Shown in pieces: positions 11,161 through 23,859 of a stretch of 64,000 bases of DNA; position 1 is the first letter of the stretch; each line of letters opens with the position of its first letter. Source of the stretch: Raillietiella orientalis (taxonomy: Eukaryota); the NCBI GenBank assembly GCA_036172245.1, contig JAYWIR010000047.1:310001-374000 (forward strand), in the 5' to 3' direction. Under the pieces are notes generated by a model. It made no database searches. It was not told the DNA's origin and saw nothing but the letters and a program-made list of their open reading frames with translations. The position numbers and the translations under genes are program-made.

Positions 11161-13329
11161 TCGGCCCCGAGGATTTCCGGTCACCTGCTCAACTAGATGC
11201 GGCTTTTTTTTCCCTCTTCGATGATCGGTATCGACCCCGGAAAGGGATGAGGGTGGGGGGAAGAGGACTTCGGGGGGATCCAGAAGGGCCGGATCCACAC
11301 GCGCGCCGGGTCGCTATGCGTCTTGATCCTCGCCCCGGTCGGGAGGACGACGACTTTTTGCTCCGGTCCGTCTGACCGGCGACTCCCTCCGGAAGACCGC
11401 GCAAACGAAGGCAGAGCTCTCCCTGGAGCCAGCCTCCTGGGAGATCACGCCACAGCTGCCGCCGCCGTCCGCAACGCTCTTCGTGACGTCTGATCGTCCC
11501 GCAGCGACCGCAAGTCTCCCCAGTCGTCGCGGCGGTCCATCGCGAAGCACGCAGACCCCGATCTTCCGTCCACGCACCTCCTCCTGCAGGAGAGAGCCAA
11601 AAAAAGGAGAAAGGGAAGGAGCTGATGAAGACCGATAGGAAACGAGTGCGCCGGGGGTTCGCGACGAAAGCTGCAGACCCCTCCCCTCCCACCCTCCCCG
11701 TGAGCGGAAGAGCCCTCTCGAACCCTTCCTTGCGGTGTCCCGAGACGTTTCCGATGCGAACACGAGCTGCGAACGGCCCGTGCCGAGGAGTCTGAGGGAG
11801 AGAAGCCGAGTCGCTAAGGCGGGTGCGCCCCCCCCTGATCCGGATGGATCCCTCCTCTCCGGGCCGGCGTCGGCGGACGGACGGTCGTGCGCGGAAACCG
11901 GCGCACGAGGGCCCGGGATTCGTCCTGTCCTCTGCCGGACTCCTAGGGAGAAATTCGCGCGCGCCGCGGGCGGAGGTCAGGAGTGGACATTCCGCAGACG
12001 CCCGGTGGCATGCAGCAGAGAGGGACTTCCAGAGGGAGGATACGTCGGAGGTGAACGCAGGAGACGGGAGGATCCCCCACCCACCCATCCTCTTTCTCTT
12101 TGGAAGAGAGAGGGGCCCTGGAAACACTTGGGTGCTCGGCTACGTAAGCAGAAAAAAAGAAAAAAAATCTCGTCCTTTAGGACGCTAGTAGCACATGTGA
12201 GATTACATAAACACTTGCTTCGGTTCCACTGGAAACAGTTACAAATACATATTATGTAACATATGGCATTCAGGCAGTCCGCCATCAGCATACAACGGGG
12301 GATACGCCTCCGAGCCCTATGGCAGACGATATCCATGGATAAGAAACGCCACATGGATGGTGTTTACAGGATGCATCCACAAAGTTTCCGCAGCAGAATA
12401 TTTACTGGTTCAGTTTGGAGCAAGGAAAACCGAAAGCGATGAATTTATTTATTCAAATACCTGAAGCGTAAAGGTTCAAACGCTCGCGGAATCATCGCTG
12501 CCCTTCGACCAATCGGAACGGCTCGCGCGGGTCCGTCTCGCTCGCCGCCGAAAAGCGTACCTTATTGCGTCTGGTCGCCCACGAAAATTTGAATAAAAAA
12601 CGGGATCCGACCTACTTAAATCCCGTGTTCGCGTGCCTTTCGGAGGTAGCTGAGCAGGCTCCGCACTGCAAGCTGAAAATTCCACCCACGGCGTCGTACG
12701 AGGCTGATTTATCGCGTGGCACGAAGGCTGTCACCATCTCCCCGTCGCGTTGCAAGGCGGGACCCGAGCTGAAGCGGGGGGCTCCCCCGTGTTTGCATTG
12801 CATCTGGCATGAGATGTAGCCTGAGCGATGGCGCCATCCTTGGGCTGTTAAAAAGGCACGCTCTCGCCCACGAGAGCGCAGGAGTACCGACTGGGGCCTT
12901 CCTCAGCAGAGCCGTGCGGTAGTGAAAAAGGCTAAGGTAGAATCGGGGTATAAAATGAAAAAAAAATGAAAAGATGTAGCCTGCTAGAATTATTTGAAAT
13001 TGAGCGGAGAGGTTGGAATGATTTGGAGTTTCCCTTCTGACGTCACCACGGCTGCGCCATTCTCCTTTACCGGGAGCATTCCTTCGCTTGGTGTGCGGAA
13101 AAAAACGATCCCCCAACGAAATTCCCGTGCACTTCTATGCAAACGCGCTCTCGCAGTTTCCGTCAAACCATCCTGGGTACCACCCATTTTCACCCAAGCT
13201 CCCCACCTCCACCCCCAATTCCACCTTCCCCCCCTTCCCCAGTATTTCATGAAGAGGGTCCCCTCCTTACAACAAACCTGGGAATCTTTTTTTTTTTTTG
13301 ATTCCCTTCCGAGCGTCCCGAAACACCGT

Positions 13330-14000
13330 CGAGGAGGGAATGCTGCCCGGACCAATGGCGCATCCCATCATCCCGATCTTCCCACGCGCGCCGTCCCTGA
13401 GGGTCGGCAACGAGAGATACCCTCCTCGACCTCTCCCACCCGCCGTCTGCCACGAGTAAGGTGTCCACCGCTCCCTACCAACGAGGGAGTTCTTTCCACG
13501 TCCTCTCGAGGACGCTCCCGGGAGCGAGGGACGCGCAGTGAAGACTCCTCCGTGTCCACCGCGCGGGACGATCAGGAAGGAACCGGGTCCTAACACGTCA
13601 GGCGCGCCAGAACCCTCAGCTCTCGTTGATACCCCCACCTCTCTCGAGGTCCTTGAGTCGAGAACGGGAGTCTGTGATGGAGCAGGGCGCGCGAAATCCC
13701 CAGGTGCCCCGGAAAAGAGAGGCGCCGCCAGGGATGAAAGCCCTGCCTGGAGCACGCCCTTCACTCGCCCCTCAATCAGCTTATCGAGGCCGCAGGCGAT
13801 TGCCACTTCTTGAGAGTGTTGCGCGCCCTGCTCTCCAGCCCCACTTCTTCGAAGAGGGGACCCCAGTTTTGGCGCAGTCCTCCTCTACTCCGCGCGCTCT
13901 CCAGGAGCTTCCCCACCGGCGCTCGCGACGACGCGAGCGCGGCCCTCCCGGCGCCGGGACTCGAGGGGAAACAGCGCCCCGAACATCCCTGACGCCGAGC
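13330..14000 (-). mobile_element. Decayed non-LTR RT fragment (Jockey/CR1/R1-like)
   Basis: Minus strand order: SPGAG (cf. SPGPDG) at ~13955, a VPL.KK.G-like stretch at ~13850, IACGLDKLIE (cf. I.LL..LGK..E), then a degenerate GVPQG..LGP region at ~13350. Confidence 0.4.
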
Positions 14001-16744
14001 CAGGAGACCCGCTGACCGGACGGGGCAGGTCAGCGAGGGCTGTCTCAGCACGCGAAGGAGTGGGCAGGCCACGAGGTCAGGCAGCCCGCTTCCTTTGCCT
14101 TTCCTTCCGACCCGCAGGGTCAGGAAAGGCGACCGACGGGCAGGAGATCTCCGTGCGCCCTCGGCGGACGGTCCAGACGTCCACGCGGTCTCTTGCGTCA
14201 ACGGGCAGCCCCCGCCAAAGGAAGGGACCTAGGACTCGGGAGGAAGGAGGGATCATCGCGTCGTGGGATCCCAAGATGAGGCGCCTGCTGGAGGATGCAG
14301 CTCCGCGGGTTGGCAGGGAACTCGGCGAAGGCGGACGCGCTACCTGCGGCGTTGCGGATGGCGCGCCGGCGCTTGTGGGCTCAGAGGGTGGAGGCGCTCT
14401 TGTTGATTCCTTCGCTGCCCTTCGGCTTCCCTCAGGTCGGTGCCGCTGCGGCTCTCTTGGGACGGGAATCTCCAGCCCAAAGAGACCCAAAGAGCTGACC
14501 CGCCTTCCCCCAATTCCGTGGCCGAGCGAGCCCGCAGCGATTCCTGCCACCCCAGGCAAGATGCCCTGGCACGTGCTCAGGATGAAACTGACAGCGAAGG
14601 GGGGGGATGAAATAGGTTCCGCTGAATCCCTTTGCCTTCCCTCCTCCCTTCCATTGACTCTTCAGAATATTCGGATGATCCCCCCGGTGAAAATGGGTTT
14701 GGTTCCTCCATGGTCGCTCGCCCCGTGCCCTCCAGTAACGTGCAGGAGCACGCAGGAGGCGAGCGGGACCTCTGCCTTCTGGCGGCGAGGGATGAAGGAC
14801 TTAAAAGAACCACCCGGCATACTGGGATGGCGAATTGGTGGCGCGTGCCGCGCGCAGGGCAGAATGCTGGAGCGGGCAGCTGCAACGGTGTGGTGGATAA
14901 CACATCTCACGCGCGCCGCGGCCATGATCCGGGGAGAGTCTTCCGTGATTTGTTCCTCCGCACTTCGAGCGCCCTCGCGGCTCCCGTCGTGCTTCCCCGC
15001 AGGGGGCGTCACGTCCGGATGCAGCTCAAGGGACGAATTCCTTTTCCTTCTACCTTCTTCCTCTTCCACCCTTCCTCCTCTCACCACTGCCTGTAGGGGA
15101 TCACTCTCTCAGACCCTATTCTCGTGAAGCTCATCTCCAGAACGACAACGACGACAACAACAAAGAGGAGACGGTCCGCGAAAGAATGGACGGTCAGCAA
15201 CGGGAAAAAGCAAACCAGCTCGCCTCCTCCTGCTGAGTCCTCGATAGCCAGTGCGCCATCCTCAACTTCGCAGATGGTGCGGTTCACCCTCGCCGAGCTG
15301 CCCTAGCCAACCCGTAGGGCAGCTAAGGAGGAAGAAAGGCGGAAGCGCTCTTATTCGCAGTGGTTTCCGGCCCCGGGGATAAATTAAGCTGAGGACGCGG
15401 AATAGGAGGGACAGAGCGGCGCGCCTGAGGGAGCGCTCCCTCTTTGCCATTCGGGCGCTCGGAGGAGGATTAAACCCACCCGATGAAGCACCGGGAAGCC
15501 GCCATCCTGGACGCGGAGTGCCGCCCCTCCGAGCGCACTCACCGGAAGCGTTGGGGCCACCCCGGGAGCACAGGAGGGAGGAGTGTCGAGAGATTTTTCT
15601 TCCTCCGGTGTGCGGTTCCCAAAGGCCCCGTGCTGGGTCGGCCCCAGCGCAGCACTTCCAGAGACCTCAGCAGCCTCCTCCCGCAAACCTGAGCGAGCAG
15701 AAGAGCGCATGGATGCCGGCTAGATCGACGGTGACGGATGCAGCATGCCAAGGGTCATGGGAGAGCAATGGTGGAGGGAGGGGGCGGAGAGGGTGCAGGC
15801 GCGCAGCGCGTGGGTTCGCCTTCAGCACCATCGATAGATGTTTCCCGGAGAGTTTCGTAGGTCCCTGGGAGCAGCTCGGCCCCTCCAAGAGGGCAACCGT
15901 CTCGCCCCGATTCTGGCGGCCTTCCTCGCAGAGAGGTTCCACCTAGCCTCTGCCCTCGGGCAGGGGCGCTCGGACAGCTGACCTCGGTTCGAACCAGCGG
16001 GGAGGAAAAATCCAGATGAAATTCGGCCTTGGATGAGCTGGGGGCACCCCGAAGTCGGCTTTCGGCAACCCCTTCGCATCCCTCGGGTTAGATTTCGGGA
16101 AGCTAGGATCAGGTGGTCCCGGACCGTCCGCGTCCTCAGTCCTGTGGGCAGATCCCAAGCTGTAGAATCGTGAGAATTTATCACGTGCGTGGGTGGACTT
16201 CCTTGCCGTTTCATTCTATCCGAACTCAAAAGACAGCCATTGGCTCTTCCCGGTTACCCAGGATGTGTCCCCAAGCACGCGTTCCCCGGCCGTGCTGGGT
16301 CTTGGAGCACGCTGCCCTCCTCTCCTCTGCTCCCCGTCTTTGCGCTGGGCGCCCGCGATGCTCCACTCCTGTTGAGGTCCTGGAGCTCCGAGGCGCCACT
16401 GCCGGTGTCCACGCTTGTACCTCTCTGCCTGCGGATGGGAGAAGCGAAGTGCCTCGCCTGTTTCCTCCCGTCAAGCTCGCCCCCGGTATCCCAGGCTAAT
16501 GCCATCCATCATCATATCTTCTCAAACAAGCAGGCCGAGACACACGCAAAGATGCAGCCGTCCCCTCCGATCATTGCAGATGAGACAGATCCTCTTGAAG
16601 CAGCTCCGGTTCCTCCCACCCCTCCAGGGATTTCGAATCGCCGGACCTGTTGACCCGTCGGGAACGTCTCCGTAGCGAGCCGACGGCTATCGCAAGAGAA
16701 GCAGCGAGGCTCTGAGTCATGACCTACCCGCGGGGCAAACTACC

Positions 16745-16950
16745 GCCTTTCCCGGTTCAGGACCTTCTCCAGCTCTCTCACACCCTGGTTGTCTCCGAAG
16801 GGGACCCCGGAGGGAACCACCCCTTCCCCATTCTCTCTGGAGGGTAGGACCGCTCTTCACTTCTTCACCGGAGAGATCTCCCGGAAGGGATTCGCTCTCT
16901 GTTTCTTCCTCTCAAGAGAACCCCGAAGGGACGCTTCTTGTTTTCCCTAA
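16745..16950 (-). repeat. UNCG-hairpin array module of the SINE family (partial copy)
   Basis: + strand ACCCTGGTTGTCTCCGAAGGGGACCCCGGAGGGAA and ACCCCGAAGGGACG are the reverse complement of GGAGACAACCAGGG and CCC-TTCG-GGG units seen at 27.5-27.8 and 62.7-63.0 kb. Confidence 0.7.
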
Positions 16951-18319
16951 AGGGAGCAGCGCGCTTCGTATACTCTGGAGAGGCAAAGCCTCCAGGGTGT
17001 GTTGACCATGGAGGACTGCACCTTGGAAGGCTATCAGAAGGAGAGGAGTGAAGGAGGCATTTCGCTTCGTGGTTTCTGTGGTGCTGCATTTTTCAGCTCC
17101 TGGCGAGATGCCCCGAGACGTTGGCTTCCATTCGTCGGCGGAATCCTCGCGCGTGCGACCTCCGAGCGCTCCAGCTCACCATCCCGCAAGCGCCGGCCGT
17201 CAGATGCAGGCAGGTCGCAGCGGGCTCTTCAAACTTGAGGGGGGTGGGGTGGCCGTGCACACGGAGAAAATGGCGAGCTGCGCTTCCCTGGAGCGCCTGC
17301 TTCCGTTCGCATGGCAACCCAAGCGGCGCGCGCTCGTTCGTCTGCCTCGCCTTGCAGAAATCTCCGAGGCTTCCGCGCGCTCCCCGCGCGGGGGCGGAGC
17401 TGCGGTCCTCTCCATCCTCTCCCCCTTCCTACCGTCAGAGTTCCACCCTTCCACCAACTGCCCCCCCATCCGTCCTCAAGAGAAGGAGAGGGCACCTCTC
17501 TCCGCGGACGGGAAACTCTCTCCTCGAGTGGCCCTTCCCCGTGGGGACGTTGGGGGAAGAGGTCTCCATGGCCCAGCTGCCAGCGGATCGATTTGGCGCT
17601 TTTGCTTCTTGGAGAGCTCGAGAGCTGCGCAGAGAAGACCCCCGAAGCGGAGCCTAGAGGTTCCAGACGGCCTGTGGAATTCGCCGCACGCGGCGGCGGA
17701 TCGCAAAATGGAGTCTTGCCCCCCCTTCTTCCCCTTCCGATTCCGGCGCTTCCCTGTACCGCAGAGCGGAAGCTGCGCACGCGTCGCTCTTCCCTCGGTC
17801 GCCCTTCCCACGCTCACCGTCGACGCTGCGCGTCGGGAACCGGGCGCCGTCGGAACCTTTCGAGCGCCGCCGTCCCCCGGTGTGCCCAGTCTCCGTCCCC
17901 GAAGCAGAGGCCTGGAATTTTCCAAGAGCACGTGATCTCCCGGACGGAATAAGTTTTTTTTTTTCTTTTCTTTTTTCTCCTCGTAGGGAACGAAATTACT
18001 TAGCCAGTCGGGACGAGGCATGGAAACTCTTGATCTGGATCCATCCCCCCGTGCTGCATCTGTCGAGGAAAATCACCCTCGCAACGGACGCCCCCGTCAT
18101 GGACTCCGCAGCATCGCGTCGCCGCGAGTAGGGACGGATCGAAACTCGGAGCGGGACACGCCGCTAGGGGGCGAAGGCCGACCGACCGCTCATCTGCGGT
18201 GGGAACCCACGCTGCGCCGCGAGGGGTGCGTCACGTTGGGAGGATCCATTTGAGACCCCCCTTGCTTGGCGGACCCGGGAACGCCGGGTCCTGAAGATCT
18301 GCCGGAAAGCCGAAGCGCA

Positions 18320-18605
18320 AGCATTAGCGGCGGCTGCGCGGTCCTGAGCATAGGCACCGACCGTTGAGGATTCGAATCCCTCCCGGTGCGAAAGATCAAC
18401 TCCGAGGAATGGGAGGGAGAGGGGGATGCGTCGTGTGGGTTTCAAGTCACCCCCGCAAGGTGGCGCTGAGTGATTTTGGGACCCCGGGATTATCTCGCTG
18501 CTTCTCGGCTGGTTCCGGATGCGGCACTGGTGGAAGGAGGATGCTCCCGCTGACTGGCCGGTAAAGGTGGCCCTCCTGAGTCCTTCCAGGACATCAAGGA
18601 GAAAC
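18320..18605 (+). mobile_element. tRNA-headed SINE family copy (head and body)
   Basis: GGCACCGACCGTTGAGGATTCGAATCCC (B-box), GCGTCGTGTGGGTT, CCGCAAGGTGGCGCTG and GTCCTTCCAGGACATCAAGGA, shared with the other copies. Confidence 0.75.
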
Positions 18606-18699
18606 AGGAGAACCCAAAGTGCTCCATGGGCTTCACGAACCCCCGCTTCCTCCCATCCCAAAAGGGAACCGCTTCGTCGTAGGTGCAGCCCATGGAATC

Positions 18700-19700
18700 C
18701 GGGCGACTCTGCACCTTCTGCCAGGCGCCGAAGGCGAAGACCGGAGGGGGTTCTCCAGTCAGGACACAGTTCCTCCGGAAAAGGGCACCAGCCAGAACTC
18801 TCGGGGTGACGCCCCGATGGGGCGGAGGAGACTCAGCGCCCGTGCCTGAAACGGAGCTCCCGTGCCGATCGCAACCGGGCGTCCCTCTTGCCACGCCCTT
18901 GGTAGTAGCTCCCGGGGTTGACCAGGGGCCTCTTCCGAGAGGACCGCACGGTGGGCACCTCCTGCGGAGAGACCTCCTCGGGGTCGGCCAAGCGTGCCTT
19001 GCGACTGACTTTCCCGCAGGCCTCCACCCTCTTCCCTCGGCGTCCGTTGACCGGCGCAAGACGCCTGACGGGCATCGTCAGCAGGCATCCGGCTCAGCAG
19101 CATCCTGCATGCTAGAGGGCCTCCTCCATTTCTCCTCCTCCTCCTCCTCCTCCTCCCGGCTTGCCAAGGAGGAAGGAACGAGGAAGGAGTCGTCCGGAGG
19201 CTGCAAATCCCCTTGGCGAAAAGGACGCGTTCCGAGTTCGGGACTCCGATTAATCACCGCAGCCGCCTCCTCGCCTCTCGAGGAACTGCCCGACGAGTCG
19301 GCGGGAGCCAAAGGGATTTTCGAAGCACCTGGACTTCTAGGAGCAGAGGGATTTGTTTGCAGGGACGCGGTCCTTGCGAGCGAAGCTCGCGGATAGGTGA
19401 AGCCGCGGCGCGAGTTGACCGGGAGATGGGAGTGATAGGGCCCAGCATGTGGGAGGCTGCGGTGCCGGATGTCTGCCTGTCAAAGATGCCCGTTGGACAT
19501 CTTGCGCCGGTTAGCGAACAACAGGAAGGGGGAGGGAGGATAGCGAGGCATCCAGGCATGGAGTTCGCCATGTGGTCCTCTCGGCGGCGACCCCTGGTCA
19601 ACCCGGGACCACCGAGAGGATAACGAGGTGCGGCACGGCAAGGGGGAGACGGCGTGCTCGAGCATCCGACGCTCCTGCGGCACGCGACAGTGGCACCAGC
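18700..19700 (-). mobile_element. Very decayed L1/Tx1-like RT fragment
   Basis: Minus strand GLTRGRRREDH (cf. GF..GR...D), IFDRQTSGTAASH (cf. LD..KAFD.V.H) and a degenerate YADD region at ~19190. Confidence 0.3.
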
Positions 19701-22464
19701 CGGGTCACCGGTTACTCGGAAAGGGGAGGATTGGGAGGGGGAGGGGAGCGACGTTTTCCGAGGGCCGTGGAGCAGATGTAGTCTACAACAGCCGATCCGC
19801 GAGAGTGGTAGAGACCACCTCCTCCCCTCCTCGTGCACTCGGAAGGGAGCGCGGAAGAGGTGGATCCGTCCACAGCCCGCGGTGCAGGAAGGTGCGAAAG
19901 CGCCTCGCCGTAGGGTGAGAGGGGCTCTTCCAGCGTCTCCGAAGATGCCGCGTGGCGCGCGCGCGTCCAACATCCCTCCCTCCCTCTGAAGGTGGGGAAT
20001 CCTCGCCTGCCTCTTCGGAAGACGCCAGCTCGAAGCATCGCTTGCAACGCTGCTTGCGCGGAGGCGGTGGCCGCCGGCGAGGTGACCCGTGGAGTTCCCG
20101 TGATGCGGTGGGGAGGAAAAGTATCTCTCCCGCTTCCCGTTCCCTTCCCGGATACGCGGCCGCCGCCGCTTCGCTCCGAAGGCGCGCGCGCCCAGGGGGC
20201 TGCTCCCGGGACCCGATGAACCGGAACGTCAGAGGGGGGAGGAGGCTTTGAGGCCGCGCCGTCGCCGGGGCGACCGGCGATCGCGAGGGGCGCAGCTCTC
20301 CCCGCGTCCTGTAATTATCTCGGTCGCCGGTCGCAAACGAGGGCGTTCCGGTGGCGTTCAGAACGCGACCGGAGGAGATTCGAATTCCGCGCGCCATCCC
20401 GGGCCCTTGCTCCGGGAACGGCGGCGTTTGAGCTCCTGATTTGCCATCCGTCGGCGTCCCTCCAGCATTCATTAGCGAGCTCTCCGGAAGGACTCCCCCA
20501 TGCCGAACGCGTGTCAGCTCGGCTTCGTTGGCATGCAACGCGCGCTCCACCTTCGTCACCGAGCAACCTCCGGAGACGAGGCATTTGCATCTCCTTTTTC
20601 GCTCAAATAGAAAAGAGGAGAAAATCGCCTGCCGTGAGTAAATAACTTTTTCTAAAAGAGCTGCAAGCCTCTAATTTAGACTTAGTGGCAAAGCTGGAAA
20701 AGGCGACGAAACGCTTTCTATAAGAGTGGAAGGAGAGGGAAAAGCGATTTTTTCCCCATCCCGCCGCGCCAAACCCGACGCGCCCTGTGTTTTCAGATCG
20801 CATTGTTGGCCGCCATGCTGATCGAGAACGCTGACGTCATCGCTGCGAGTCGGACTCGAGAGGCGTGCCCGTTCTGAGCACTTCGCGGCGAGTGCGTCCC
20901 GTGCGCGTGCCACCTCGCGTTCCCTCCAGCGCGCCTGCGGAGGAGGCCGCGGACCCGCTGCCCGGCAGAAGAGGGGCAGCAGCAGCGTGCCTTGCACCCG
21001 ACCCCCGGGCCTTCGAAGGAAGAGAGCGGATTCTCCCCCACCCCCACCCCCCATCCTGCTGCCAGATTCGGGAATTCCTCCGGAAATCCGAACGTGTGCT
21101 CTCCCCGTGATTCGATTTGCGATGAGATTTCCGGTACGGTGGAGGCTGCAGGAAGGCCAGCAAAAATATTTACCGCCGCGAAATGTGCAGAATTAACGAA
21201 ATAAGAAGTTTCCCGAGCTGGACTCAGATCGGATTATCAGGGATGCGATTCGATTTCGCGAACGGCGTGAATCGGTTATTGGATTTTCGGGAATCCAGAC
21301 CTCCGAAAGTCCGGCTTCCCCGAGCGGGAAAGCGGATCCGACGCTCTAAGGAGCAGGGAAGCAGGAAGGACCTCCACCCGCTTCCCTGGATGCCGATGAA
21401 GACGGCCCCGGGTCGCGAACCGCCGCGCAGAGCGCAATCCGTCGTCGGGAAGCGAAGGCAACGAGACGGCCTCTGTCCTCCAGGTAGGAGGGTCGCGCGA
21501 CTTCCCGGAACTGGAGAAACCGTAAGGGAGAAGAGGAAGGAGAAGGCGCGGCGTCGAGAGGGAGAGGGGAGGGGGGAGGGTCATCGACTGCTGAGGTTGC
21601 TCTTCGCAAAAGACAATCAGACCGGCACCAACGTGGGACGGCGAAGTGGTCCGAAGGAGCCCGTTGGCATGCGGAAGGTCGAGTTTGCTCCAGGATCGTC
21701 CAGGCGGAGGGACGGTCCTCGTGGGTGTGGTTTTTGTTTTTTTTCCCTTCGAAATAGGTTCGCTTTCTTGGCGCTGCTGGCAGCAGCGTTGCCGCCTGCC
21801 GGTGCCGGGAGCTGCGCGCGACCGCGGCACCATCGCCAATGAAGTCGCCGTCAGTGCCGATTTGCCGCACGGCGGCCGGTGTGCCCGGCTCCCCCCGGAA
21901 GTGAACCTCTCCGCCTCCCTGGCAACGGGTCCGTTTCCGCCAGTTCGTCCTCCGGCGAGCGATCGGTCCCACGCAACCTTGAGGGGCTCCGAACCACGGA
22001 GGGCCGGCGTGGCCCGAACCTGGAACCAGGCTTTCCTCCCTCGCGATAGGACAGACTACATCGCCACTCGCGCCTCCCCGCGATCCTCTTCCGAGAAGAA
22101 AAACACACGGTCCATCATCCTGCTGCCAAAGATCCGGAAGGAAAGGATCGATCTTCAGCCAGGGTAGCAAAACACTCATGCCCTCCTATGCAGGCCAATC
22201 TCATCGGCACACACTCCGCATCCATCGAAGATACGCTTCATCATCATCGCACGCTCTTGTCGAGTCAGATGGGGACCTGCGAAGGGATCGATCGGGAGCC
22301 GCCTTGGCGCTTCCCCGACGATCCATTCTGGACGCGCGTCGAGCCAAAGACGAGGTCTGCTCGGTGGCGGCGGCTCGCTGACAGAGCGTGGTGGCTCGCT
22401 CGAAGGGTCGCCGCTCCAGCGAGGAGCATCTTCTCGCCTTCGCGGTCCACGTCTGCGCCGCATC

Positions 22465-23045
22465 AAAGCTCCTTGTTGGCACCGTCCGTCGCCGGTTCGA
22501 ATACCTCCCGGAGCGAAGCATCTACGCCGAGAAATGGGGGGCACGTCGTGTGGGTTCCGAGTTCCTCCCCCGCAAGGTGGCGCTGGTTGGTCCCTCGGTT
22601 GGCTTTGGGTGCGGCACCGTGGAACGTGGGTGCCCTCGTTGACTGGCCGGAATTGGAAGTCGATCCCCCGGGGTCCTTCCAGGACATCAAGGAACCTTTC
22701 GGTGTTCCCCCCTCCGGTTGTGCAAACGAACCCGTCCCTACCCCCTACCCCACTCGGATCGATACCACTCCAGAGTGTGAAGAAGCGCGCTGCTCCCTCC
22801 GGGAGTGACCCTCCAGAGGAAATGGGAAGCGTCCTTTCGTGGTTCTCTTCAGAGGAGGAGGAAGCGAGAAGCGGATCCTTCCGGGAGGTCCCTCCGGAGA
22901 AGAAGCAAGGCGTGATCCTACATTTAAAGTCTTCCAGGAGGCAACCAGGGCGGGGGTTCCCTTCGGGGTTATCCCTCCCAAGCGTGAGAAGAATGGACGC
23001 CTTCCTCCGGAGCCTTCCTGGACTCACAGGGTAGTCCCTCTGGAT
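22465..23045 (+). mobile_element. Near-complete composite SINE copy (tRNA head, CTCF-like body, hairpin array)
   Basis: TGGCACCGTCCGTCGCCGGTTCGAATACC, CCGCAAGGTGGCGCTGGTTGG and GGTCCTTCCAGGACATCAAGGA, then the linker TTCCCCCTCCGGTTG and the array with GGATCCTTCCGGGAGGTCC, CCCTTCGGGG and CCTTCCTGGAC. Confidence 0.75.
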
Positions 23046-23859
23046 AGAAGAAGGAAGGGGTTCTCCTCGCGGTTCTCTCCCGTACGTAGCGTTGTCCCGC
23101 CAAGCGCCCACTCGGCACGGATCCCGAAATTCCTGAACCCCGGATGTCGCAACACGCGTTCGAACTGCACGCCGAAATGGCAGCGGCAGATCCGCACCCG
23201 GGGCCTCCCACCGTTCTCCCCTCACGGGATGCCTGCGTCCTGAGTTTCGCTGCCGTTCCACTGGGGGGAGGGTCAAGGGAGGGAGGAGCGATCGCCGCGA
23301 TGCCTGGACGCTTTCCAGACGGCAGAGCGCGCGTGGGGACGGGGAGCAAGGGCAGGGCCGTCCAGAGGGATGCGCGAGGAGTTTCCGGAGGCTTTCGTCG
23401 CGGATTCTCAAGGAGGAGGCCGCGCCTAACCTCAGGAAGAGGAGGTCGTCCCGGGGCGCGACTCGGGAGCGCGTCCAGCCCAACCCCCCTCCGCCGCGAA
23501 GACCGCGGAAGCGGCGGGCAAAGAGCAAGGCAGAGCACCGACTGGGGGGAGAGGATCTCCCCCCAAGCATCTCTGCTTCCGCCCAGACAGTGCGGCCTCG
23601 AACTGCTTCGGGCGGAAGCCGAAGGGCGAAGGAGTCCGCTGCTTCCGCCCGTGCATGACGCGAAGGAAGGGCGGCGGCGGCGGCGACCACGAGAAAGCCG
23701 CCCGCTTCACCTACGTGGGAGCGAGCGAGGAGGCCCATCGAACCTTCCCGTAAATCCTTGCGCAGAGGACCCACGCGATGACGGAACGGTTCTTTTCCAT
23801 CCTGTCCCCTTGCTCAGTTGCCGAAAGTTCGTGGGGGAGGGGGGGGGGATCACACCGTG

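Noticed and set aside
12180..12480. AT-rich patch, possibly a DNA-transposon remnant
   Set aside because: No recognisable motif, TIR or second copy in the window.
14060..15127. 355-aa + strand ORF
   Set aside because: No recognisable motif or splice context, and it lies next to a minus-strand LINE fossil.
21800..22300. Possible minus-strand endonuclease fragment (GDFIG at ~21840)
   Set aside because: A single degenerate motif; probably a LINE fossil but too weak to delimit or classify.
22176..23774. Longest ORF (532 aa, minus strand)
   Set aside because: Arg/Pro/Gly/Ser-rich with no domain, and it runs antisense across a SINE copy. Expected by chance in high-GC DNA.
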